A stretch of 64,000 bases of DNA, taken from positions 28,389,821 to 28,453,820 of the forward strand of contig NC_092379.1 of the NCBI RefSeq assembly GCF_030028105.1, written 5' to 3'. This document shows positions 36,930-48,329 of this stretch, piece by piece (position 1 is the stretch's first letter; the number at the start of each line of letters is the position of its first letter). Source of the stretch: Mobula birostris. Taxonomy: Eukaryota. Below the pieces are notes generated by a model. It saw only the letters and a program-made list of their open reading frames with translations, searched no databases and was not told where the DNA came from. A program made the position numbers and the translations under genes.

Positions 36930-37879
36930 ATACCTTGAAATTTCCTTTTGGATCCAAAATTCTTTATTTCTGTACGTCTGGAATGTTGAGTACCGATTTC
37001 ATAATATGAACAGAAGGATACAACGAGAACATAGTGGGTTGAAAGATCATTTTGAAAATTTCAGTAATGCACCACAAAATACAAGTTACACAATATTACT
37101 CGGAAGGAGTGTGATGCGCCAGAGGTCACAAGTGTTTGAACAGTGAAGCTCCCCTGACTGGAAGTGTGAGTAACTGTTGAATTAAGAAAAGCCTCGGAAT
37201 GTTCCTGACTAGTCTCACCGTCCAAGGATAGTTGAGTTATTTTTGCAGTGTCATCATGAGACAGAGTATCTGATGAATTGTTTTAAACGCCATAACTTAT
37301 TTATTTGTTTGCCTGCTTGTTGATTAATCTTATCTATTTATCTACAGAACTATCTATTTCTTTCTTCTATAATGTGTGTGCTTATTTATATATGTGTAAT
37401 AAAATAAAATTTATTTATTTGTCTCCCGTTCGTTTATGTGTTTATTTACTTATCAATTTATGCTACATATTCAGTAAGTTACTTACTTTTTATTTGTTCT
37501 CTGATATTTATTTATATATTATTTATTCAACTTAAGAGGTAAGAGGTAAGCTTTGTATATAAACCTATAAACTACTGGCCACTATTTTTGTTTTTTAATT
37601 CATACATGCTCCCTATTGGACGTTTGAATTAAAAAAAAAAGATCTACTTGATAAGGTCAATGCTGCATCGTTGCGTTAAAAGTTTACTCAGAATTAACTT
37701 GAAGATATTTTCCAGTTGATCGATAGACGTCGCAATTTAAAGAAAGGAAAATAAAACAACAGGGAAAAAAATGTAATTTTGGAACATTTAGATGAAAATT
37801 AAATAATTCATTCAAGATCGAGGGAACCTATTCACTTCTAGACTGAGTTGTATTCACTATGAGATGCTGTGTTTCATTT

Positions 37880-40590
37880 GAACATAGAACATAGAACAGT
37901 ACAGCACAGTACAGACCCTTCGGCCCACAATACTGTGCTGACCCTCAAACCCTGTCTCCCACGTAAACCCCCACCTTAAATTCCTGTCTAGTAGTCTCTT
38001 AAACTTCACTAGTGTATCTGCCTCCAGCACTGACTCAGGCAGTGCATTCTACGCACCAACCACGCTCCGAGTAAAAAAACCTTCGTCTAATACCCCCCTT
38101 GAACTTCCCAACCCTTACCTTAAAGCCATGACTTCTTGTATTGAGCAGTGGTGCCCTGTCGAAGAGGCGCTGGCTATCCACTCTATCTACACCTCTTATT
38201 AACTTCTACACCTCTATCATGTCTCCTCTCATCCTCCTTCTCTCCAAAGAGTCAAGCCACAATCTCTGATCATAATGCATACTCTCTGAACTAGGCAACC
38301 TGGTAAATCTGCTCTGTACCCTTTCCAATGTTTACACATCCTTCCTATAGTTAGGAGACCAGAACTGGACACAGTACTCCAAGTGTGGCCTAACCAGAGG
38401 TTTATTGAGCGGCATCATTACATCGCGACTCTTAAATTCTATCCCTCGACTTATGAAAGGTAACACCCCATAAGCTTTCTTAACTAACCTATCCACCTGT
38501 GAGGCAACTTTCAGGGATCTGAGGACATGTACCCCCAGATCCCTCTGCTCCTCCACACTACCAAGATTCCTGCCATTTACTTTGTACTCTGCCTTGGAGT
38601 TTGTCCTTCCAAAGTGTACCACCTCACACTTCTCAGGATTGAACTCCATCTGCCACTTCACAGCCTAATTCTTCATCCTATCAATGTCTCTCTGCAATCT
38701 TTGACAATCCTCTGTACTATCCACAACACCAACAACCTTTGTGTTGTCTCCAAACTTGCCAACCCACCCTTCTACCCCCACATGCAAGTCGTTAATAAAA
38801 ATCACGAAAAGTAGAGGTCCCAGAACAGAACCTTGTGGGACACCACTAGTCACAATCCTCCAATCTGCATGTACTCCCTCCACCACGACCCTCTGCCTTC
38901 TGCAGATAAGCCAATCCTGAATCCACCTGGACAAACCTTCCTGGACCCATGCTTCCTGACTTTCTGAATAAGCCTATCATATGGAACCTTGTCAAATGCC
39001 TTACTAAAATCCACACAGATCACATCGACTACACTACCCTCATCTATAAGCTTGGTCACATCCTCAAAGAACTCTAACAGGCTTGTTAGACACGATCTGC
39101 CCTTCACAAAGCCATGCTGACTGTCCCTGATCAGACCATGATTCTCTAATTGCCAGAGATCCTATCTATAGGAACCTTTTCCAACAGCTTACCCACAACA
39201 GACGTAAGGCTCACTGGTCTATAATTACACGGAGTATCCCTGCTACCTATTTTGAACAAGGGGGCAACATTCGCCTCCCTTCAATCCTCCGATACCATAC
39301 ACGTGGAAAACGAGGCCATAAAGATCCTAGGCAGAGGTTAAGTAATCTCCTCTCTCGCCTCGTGGAGCAGCCTGTGGGAATATTCCGTCAGGCCCCGGGG
39401 ACTTATCCGTCCTAACGTACCTTAACAACTCCAACACCTCCTCTCCCTTGATATCAACAAGTTCTAGAACATCAACCTCACTCATATTCTCCTCACCATC
39501 ATCAAGTTCCCTCTCATTGGTGAATATCGAAGAGAAGTATTCATTGAGGACCTCGCTCACTTCCACGGCCTCCAGGCACATCTTCCCACCTTTATCTCTA
39601 ATCGGTCCTACCTTCACTCCTGTCATCCTTTTTTTTTCTTCACATTATTGAAGAATGCTTAGAGGTTTTCCTTTACCCTACTCGCCAAGGCCTTCTCATG
39701 CCCCCTTCTTGCTCTTCTGAGCCCCTTCTTAAGCTCCTTTCTTGCTTCCCTATATTCCTCAATAGACCCATCTGATCCTTGCTTTTTAAACCTCATGTAT
39801 GCTGCCTGCTTCCACCTGACTAGATTTTCTTCCTCACTTGTCACCCATGGTTCCTTCACCCTACCATTCTTTATCTTCCTCACCGGGACAAATTTTTACC
39901 TAACATCCTGCAAGAGATCTCTAAACATCGACCATTGTCCAAAGTACATTTCTCTGCAAAAATATCATCCCAATTCACATTCGCAAATTCTAGCCTTATA
40001 GCCTCATAATTTGCCCGTCTCCAATTAAAAAAAAGCCCTGTCGTCTCTGATTCTATCCTTTTCCATTATAATGAAAAAGGCCAGGGAGCGGTGGACACTG
40101 TTCCCCAGATGCTCACCCACTGAGAGATCTGTGACCTGACCCGGTTCATTACCTAGTACTAGATCTATTATGGCATTCCCCCTAGTCGGCCTGTCCACAT
40201 ATCGTGACGGGAAACCGTCCTGGACACACTTAACAAACGTTGCCCCATCTACACCCTTGGAACTAATCAGGTACAATCAATATTAGGGAAGTTAAAATCA
40301 CCCATGATAACAAGCCTGTTATTTTTGCACTTTTCCAAAATCTGCCTCCCAATGTGCTCCTCTGTATCTCTGCTGCTACCAGGGAGCCTATAGAATACCC
40401 CCAATTGAGCAACTGCTCCCTTCCTGTTCCTGACTTCCACCAATACTGACTCAAAAGAGGATCCTGATACATTGTCCACCCTTTCTGTAGCTATAATAGT
40501 ATCCCTGACCAGTAATGCCACCCCTCCTCTCATCACCTCCCCCGGCATCCTTTTCATAGCACTGAAATCCAGGAATACCGAGAATCCGTT
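37880..40590 (-). mobile_element. CR1 LINE, ~2.7 kb of ORF2 (APE endonuclease plus RT) with frameshifts, and 3' tail
   Basis: GGVALLVRD...VIMGDFNFPNID (endonuclease), KGRSCLTSLLEFFE...DFSKAFDKVP and SGVPQGSVLGPLLFVIFINDL (RT); gaacatagaacatagaaca tail at 37880. Confidence 0.95.
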
Positions 40591-43500
40591 TGGGACGCCA
40601 TCATTTTCTGATAGATAATTTATTCCCGCTTGTGTTTTTGTTATAGCCAATAATAGATGGAGGAAATCAGACTTTCTTTAAATTCATCCACATATTAAAC
40701 ATGTTTTAATGTTTTCCTGCGTTCTTGGGATGGATTGCTTCGTCAAAACAGAAAATAACACAGTCACTGGGCAACTAGAGTTTACTTCATAAATTCTTTA
40801 TTTTTCATTATCCAGATCTGCCTAGCTGAGAGGATATATGAAATCCATTTAATAAATGTGCGCCAAAATCGTTTTTAGGTTTAAATAAAGGAGCGAAAAC
40901 AGCAAATATTTCTACAAAAACATTCTTCAAATGCCTGCTAATAGCAGATTAAGCGCAGTATATTAGTTAATCATCTTTTTATTATACAGGGCTCTTAAAC
41001 ATTTTTTAAAGGTCGGAGCTCCGATGCACTCTGGTCACTCACTCTGTATATTACACCGGTTCGTAATAGATCAAAATAGTTATTAGGGATATGACGAATA
41101 GCATGAATTCTTCTTCGCACTGCGCACATGCTGTCTGATGTTGTGCATGTTTGTTTCGCGTTCTCTTTCATTTTTGAAATTGAGGACGCGGTACGTTGCT
41201 TTTGTCGTGGATTTACATTAAAATGGACAGCGCCAATATCTTTGATCGTGTCGTATTAATCGTGACCATGCAGTGCCCTTGTACGTGATCTTATTCAATG
41301 ATGTACATACTCTCTCCATATTAGAGCAACTATACTGATGCTGTGCCCTACGACGGCTTTCACTGTGCTCGTCTGACAAACTCCATGACAGTTACTGAGC
41401 ACTTTATACCGTTCACAAATTTCGTACAGGCAGCTGCCGAAGTAACGAAAGAACATAAACATAAAACCGCTTCATACGACCATATCCCACTCTCTGTCGT
41501 GGGAATAAGAATAGATTGTCTCATATCACAGTCCAACGTTGGACTGAGTTATTAGACAATCTATTCTTATTCCCACGACAGAGAGTGGGATATGCAGTAT
41601 TACCTTTCTTCGCAATGTGTAACCTGAAACTGACGTAACCTGTGCAACATCAGGGGTCACAATGAATATTAATTTATTTTAACCAGTGTTAATTACTCTC
41701 AGATATATCATTGTATCGTTACGTAATATCACCGCATTACCTTATATTACGTATTACATTATATGTATAACCCAGTGGAGCAGTTCCACTAACGGTCAGA
41801 GACTCTTTTCCCTGTTTACTGGTCCATGCGTGTTTCACACTCTTTGTAACAGACACGTAATGCATAATTGTACGCAATAGTTGTGCGAAGATTTGTCCAC
41901 TTTCTCTCAGTTTCATTTCCACACGCGAAGTCAGTCAGCTACACAGCTGCCATAGTCAGTTGCTGCTCTTCTCAATAACTGAACTGCATCAGTAGGACGA
42001 CCAAATAGCGAATTACGCCGGATGTTCGTAGACTCCAGCAGTTGCTCTCCACATGGCAAACTCCGGATGTCTGGCCAGATTAATTTGCGGTGACAAAATA
42101 AATTAAAGGGAAATGATGCAGTGATGTTCTTTCATTTTTGTCCATGTGACCAATAAATTTTGCTGTGTTATTGATTCGGCATTGTTCAGTCCGGTTATAT
42201 GATTAAAATGAGAAAAAAAAACAAACAAAAACACTCCGTTGTCTCGCAGCGTTGAACACATTGAATCACCAGATTACATCATAAAGAATGGGATAGCACC
42301 TCTCCATATTTCGCTCAACATGCTATTTCTCATTTTATAAGAACAGCTTGACACCATTCCCCTCTATCTGTTTTTTTTCTTTTGTTAGCATATGTACCGT
42401 ATGAGATTGGCTTTAATTCCAAAAAATGATTTGAAATTTTGGTGAAAAAAACTGAATCAAAGTATAATAATATCTGAGATACGGAATCACAAGGTGAGAT
42501 GGATTGCACTTTCTAATTCCATGCTTTCGAGATCGTCACAGTTTGAAAACATCGTCTGTTTAGGTATTCCTCCTCGTCATGCAATCCAAGATTGGTGTCA
42601 GTAGAATTGATTTACATTTGTCCACTATGCCTCTCTTAATGGGTATTTTGTTTACTTCTGATACCACGATACTTTATGATAATTAAAAATCGCTTGTATT
42701 CTTGCCGATGATGAACGACACACACAAGGCCAAGACGTCGCATGCGTCTGTTCCCAAAATTAGGGACTTGCATTTTGATCTTTTGGACCTGTGAGTCAGT
42801 AATCAAAATCTGCGGAAAACGTCCACTGGGATGGTCCAGCATCACATACTGCAGAACAATCGCAAGAAACAAGATGTCATCCTGGCTTTATTTTGTTTAT
42901 TTCAGAGTCTCTATCTCAGAAAATAGTTGCGTGATAAATTCATATAAATTAGGCGGGAAATTCGCAGATTAATCTCAGCATTCTCCGAAAGGAGATATTG
43001 CTAATATCCTGACATATACATCTACGTATGTCCATCGATCCGGTATACCCATCAGTTTGATGTTAAACAACTTGATCGTCGGGTACTTTCAGCCCTGGTT
43101 CAAGAGGGAGAAGAGCTTCATCAAATGCGAGAGTTTCGTTTTCCCGCGATTATAAAGACGGAAACTTTGGGAAAACTTCTGCGAAAAAAGAAGAAGGAAC
43201 AGTTCACGTTATAGAATTACTAAAGCTCTGCTGACATCTGATGGAATATATTTTCTTTGTTCATGGCGCTGTTACATAAAAGTCACTGCCTCCTTCACGT
43301 CTCAACAGTTTATACACAACCGATCATACCTCCATGGGCGAAATTAATTGGTAAATTATTTCAGAGAAAAGCTACTTGCATTTGAACACGGCAAAATATC
43401 GTGCACCTTGCTGCTCGCTCATTTCTGCTTTTAGATCAATTCTGACGACCTACGTTCTGCCAGATATCCACGACAGAGACAAGTAAAGACTGTAATTTCA

Positions 43501-43879
43501 TCTTTTCCTGCAACTCGGCTTCGTTACCATCCTCTTAATTCTGCTCGCACCATCTGCTTCGATGAGCAATCGCAATGTGATGACCGTCTTCTCCACAAAA
43601 ATTACCGCCTGCCCTGCACTCGTTTGCCAATGAGTGGCGCTTCGCTGTCAATAGCAGCTCACAAAGTATTTGACTCCTATGTTCTGCACTTCTGTGGTCG
43701 CCTCTGCAAAATTTCATTTCCTGCATTTCGACAGCCGCCCTTTTGTATTGGGTATTTGGAGAGTTAAGACCTTGCGTTGTCTCTTGTGATTGGTCGGTTT
43801 GGCCAAGGTATGTGTATTTCTACTGTTGCAATGTGTTTCCACCTGGAGTCACGGAAGTACAGACACAAACAGAGTGAAT

Positions 43880-44355
43880 ATGGCAAACTGGTTCACGCAG
43901 GTTCTCATTATTTTGCTTCTTCTGGGTAAGGTATTCATTCACTGTATTATTCCTGACCTTCCTAATTCTCTGTATCCACGAGATTTTCCTCTATATTTAA
44001 GTAACCTGTTGTTTGACGTAGAGCTTGTGATGTATTGTTTATTTTACCGTTAGACTGGAGCCTTGAAGACTCAGTGGAACAGTCTGAAGCTGAACTGACG
44101 TTTGAAGAAGAAAGTAATATTACCCTAAACTGTACTTTGCAAACAAGCAACCTATCCCCGAATGTTTACTGGTACAGGCAACGCACCGGACAGCGACCAC
44201 AGTATTTAATTCGGATTACCGCCGGAAAAGTATACCGAAGTGAACATGTAACCGACCGACTATTTGCTTCCTATGATAAAAGTAAAAAGTATACTGAACT
44301 GTCGATTAACAACACCATACTCTCTGACTCAGCCACATACCTCTGCGCGATGAGC
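43880..44355 (+). CDS. TRAV/DV: TCR alpha/delta V segment V5 (leader 43880-43925, V exon 44054-44355); intact
   Basis: MANWFTQVLIILLLL-DWSLEDSVEQ...LNC...VYWYRQ...DSATYLCAMS; GT-AG intron. Confidence 0.93.
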
Positions 44356-44393
44356 CACGGTGCTTAAAAATCTGAATTATTCGAACAAAAACC
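44356..44393 (+). other. RSS (23-class) of V5
   Basis: CACGGTG, 22-nt spacer, ACAAAAACC. Confidence 0.93.
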
Positions 44394-44417
44394 CACTTTC
44401 ACAGTTTCGTCGAGAGC

Positions 44418-44431
44418 TCGATAGAGGGCGA
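44418..44431 (+). promoter_or_regulatory. CTCF-like motif 3' of V5 RSS
   Basis: TCGATAGAGGGCGA, 24 nt after the nonamer. Confidence 0.5.
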
Positions 44432-45254
44432 ACAAATCAAGGCGAACAGAAATGTGACTGAATCCCAAAGAATTAGCCTTATGTTTCATATGATGTAATA
44501 ACCAGTTTCTAGCACCAGTGATATATCCAACTGACATTGTAAATGGACCCTACTGCTCTTCGATGGATGTAATTGTGAGAAAAATCACTTCAACTTAAGT
44601 GAATCTGATGTGTTACTTATTTTCATTGAATAATCACCTTCCACATTTAATACTGCCACAATCATCAGTGCGGATACATTAATCCACGTAAAGGTTCTTT
44701 TGACATAGAAAGGGACCAAACTTTGCAACAAGTTTGCCCAAATCAACATTATTCTTCGAAACGCTGAAGAAGTTATCGTTTAGTGATATCACTCTGAAGC
44801 AATCATGTGGCTTTCGATTTCAGCTAAAGATTTAATCGAACTTTGGAAGATTGTTGTGCTTTGTGTTGTTGATTCTTTTTATTACCACGTGAGAGGCGTA
44901 CCTATTTAAACGCCAACGTCCGATTGATCCAGACATAAATAAAAGCTAGTTGTAATTGAATTTGCCGAGTTTCATTTTCGAAAGTTACAACTAAAGTTGT
45001 TTCCGAGACACAATCCATTGTGTTTACCGACGGATTTAATTTAGTTCCCATTAAAAAAAAAGGTACAGTCGCAATTTATTCTGTTGAACACATCTGCAAT
45101 TCAAAACATTATACAATTGTCAACATGAATGGCGCTTACTCTCAGAAATTAGGTCACTTGATGCGCAGGTGGAGCTTTGGAGACAATGACCCATTAGGTT
45201 GCATCTTCAGAAACGGCTCTACTCCTACCTTTAATATCTCTAGTTTTCCCTTTC

Positions 45255-45969
45255 ATGGTTCTTTTTTAGACCCTGGCCTGCGATTACTCGCTGTCGTCAG
45301 ATCTTTGCGGGAATGAGTCCGGCTCTCGGGATGGCACAACTGACGGTTATTCGAGATGCCAAGAAAGCTGCCAAGCAGATTAGCATGTCTTCCGATTTTC
45401 GGTATTTTATGCCTCTGGAGGTGGGCGGCCTCTAGGTGATTGCCAATGCAGGAAATCACTGTGTCGTGGGGGATAGAAGATACCTAGCTGTGTGCCAAGA
45501 GACCCGAGATCGTTGGGCACAAAGCTCGGAAAATGAGGCGCAACGGACATTTAAAAGTGTAATTCAGTGAGTTATTTGTTATGTCTCCCTTCTCGCTGTG
45601 AACGACAGTCACCGCTTTTTCACTTATTAGGAAGTGAGAGAGGCTGTGGTATGTGGAATTACCGTGTGAATTAATAGTTTTTTGGGTACCGCAAGTTTGT
45701 GTGTTCAATGATGCTTTGTCGTACACTTGAGTGCCTGGTGGAGGGCGCCGATGCTGTTTCGCTGGTCGGGGACGGGGGGTCGTTGCCCTGCTGGTGCTTA
45801 ACCGTGGGAGGAGGGAGCTGGGGTGGGAGGCTTTCGGGTTCCAGCATATCACTGTCATTCATTCTGTGGGGCACTCCTCTGTTTTCGTGTATGTTTGCGC
45901 AGAAAAAGTATTCAAGAATGTATATTGTATACATTTCTCTGACATTAAATGTACCTTTGAAACTTTTGA
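45255..45969 (+). repeat. Retroposon-like repeat, unit copy F
   Basis: Homologous to 1391-2093; ends tttgaaacttttga. Confidence 0.45.
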
Positions 45970-46737
45970 CACCTTCCAAAATTCTGCGCAGTGTCGACGC
46001 CACAAATCTTAGTTGAGTGGAGCATTGTACTTGTATTTGCAACACTTACAGCAAGAGCCTCTAAGCAACTCATCATTCAGGTTTTAGTCTGTGGTAAATC
46101 TATCAAGACTATTGAACATTTTGAATGAATATCCACTAAGATCGCCTTATTGGACATGCACGATCATTGTTATTAATATCTTAATTGAACGTAAAGTGCA
46201 TTTTCACATTTCATGAAAATGCCCTCGTCATGTCTTATGTCCTAAAATTGTCCCCTGTATTCTGTCGTTCAATTGACAATTTTAGCCGATCTTCAGAAGC
46301 CACTGTACTGGACCTTTCGATGAATTTGACAATACATCTCCGCCTAGCAGATTGCCTTAATGCATGTGCACTCGATTTTGCTGAATTTCTTGACATGAAT
46401 AATAAGCACATTCTATCCTGAAAGAAGTAATTTGTGATGGAATGCTATAATTTATGTTACTGGAAAAATAAACACTAAGTAACATAAAGGTTATCATTCC
46501 AATCTCAGATATAAACATAAAAGAAATAGCCTTTCCTCATTGTCCTGATGTTTGACACAGTCTTCCATTCGACAGAGGCCTCCTACTCCAGTCCAGTCAT
46601 TATCGAGATGGGTTTTGTAATTCCCCCTTATATAAGGTCACCAAACTGCACGGTATTTACCGTCGAGGCCGTTGTGCTCATATCTCTAGTTGATTGCACC
46701 TCGTCTGAGCACTTTATTGAGGTAGTATCTACTGTGG

Positions 46738-46738
<1 letters not shown>

Positions 46739-46783
<45 letters not shown>
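46739..46783. repeat. (TA)n microsatellite at the end of the tandem array
   Basis: About 22 TA units; homology to the unit stops here. Confidence 0.95.
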
Positions 46784-46787
<4 letters not shown>

Positions 46788-48329
46788 TCGAATCGGTGCA
46801 ACAGTCGGTCGTTAAGATGACAGAAGTTATTCATTCAGATCACATAATATGAGCTACCAGTTCCAGACAGTTTGGCAAATCCGTGATTCATCATACAGAT
46901 AGGCCTGCATTAAGGAACAATGTGATAAAGATGGCGTCCGCTGAAAATCGTACCTGGAGGAACTTGCAACGTCTTCCCTTTCCATCAAGAACGTTTTAGT
47001 GTTTCTTGCGGCAACATCACGATTTGGTGAGTAGTCATGATTCTGGAATTGGCGCAGGTTTGTTTGGGTATTGTAGTGGACTACAGTGGTGTTCAGGACT
47101 AGGAAGTACACATCACCTTCGTGCAGCACCATTGCTCGTCAGCGAGGATGCGTTGCTGTTTCCAATTTGTACAGACGGTTGTCTCCCGTTGAGGAGTTCT
47201 GATCCAGTTCCAGAGAGAGAAAATGAGACCCAGGTTTTGAGCTTGTTCATTAGAGCTGAGTTTTGCTGAGTTTTGCAGAAATACATCCCTAAACTTTTAT
47301 TGTGAATATAAACTTAAATGAAAATAGGAAGTCTCCAAGTACACATGGAATGGTTGTCACAATTGAATTTTTATTCGTTAGGCGGTTCTGTAATATTTAC
47401 ATTAGGGACAGAGGGTGGTAAATATCATAAATCAATCAAGAAACAATTCCAAATGTGCAATCTTTAGAAACATTTAACAGTGTTGCAGTTAAGGAATGCA
47501 ACATTTGAATTTCATATGTTTAAATTTTCTATACAGATGTATTTCAGAATGAACAGAAAAACGAGCAGAGCTCAGATTGTGAATGTATTGATGCCTGGCT
47601 TATTCAATTTGTTTAGCAGTATCTATACCGGAAGATATTCAGGTCGGCCAAGACGACACATAAATACCTGATGGACCTATTGTATTTCCAGCTCTGTAAC
47701 TTTATATTGGATAATACTTTACGCGGGAAACAAAACACAGCACTCTGTATTACAGCAGAGCTTGAGTTCGTTTAGCGTACTCAGCAATGTATACCATCAT
47801 TTGCAAGTGCAATATAACAAATTTCTCAGAAGAAGATAAAACATATCAAGTCTACCATTTTCAGTGGTCCGCGCGATAACAGAATTAGCTGGAAACGCCC
47901 CAACTATCGACTTCCCAGTAACGAGTATCTGCAAATACGGAAAGCTACTGGAAGCTACTACAGAATATAAACAGTGATAAATTCTCTTATCAATCTGACG
48001 AGAGCTTTTCTGCGAAATGAATGAAAAGATCACCATTTACTCCTGCAGATTTGCATACAAATCTGGGCTGCTTTCAAGTCTCAAAGTCATTTACACAAAT
48101 AATCAACGCGACCATCTTCTCAGTCAATTACTAAGTTATTCTGAGAAAAAAAAAAAAAAAATTCACAGATACCAGTGAGAGAAGAAGAAATATTGTGTGC
48201 CGAAAGGTTTAGCTCGTTTCAGATTTCAGCTCCTCTGTCATCTCTGCGTCTCTCATTCCAATATTTCCAGCGTCATTTTCTATTGGTCCTATATCAACCC
48301 TCAACTCTCCTTTACCCTTCATATACTTG

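Noticed and set aside
7906-44393. V segments as NAR-TCR supporting V-delta, IgH V or TAILV genes
   Set aside because: Each has its own leader exon, no CDR1 cysteine and a TCR-type FR3 (DSATYLCAMS). No IgH-type framework motifs were seen.
46548-46834. ORFs with IYIYIY runs
   Set aside because: These are translations of the (TA)n microsatellite.
47610-47770. Another V relic (YLYRKIF...KYLM and a TALYY-like stretch)
   Set aside because: Spacing between the motifs is too short, there is no conserved Cys or Trp, and there is no RSS.
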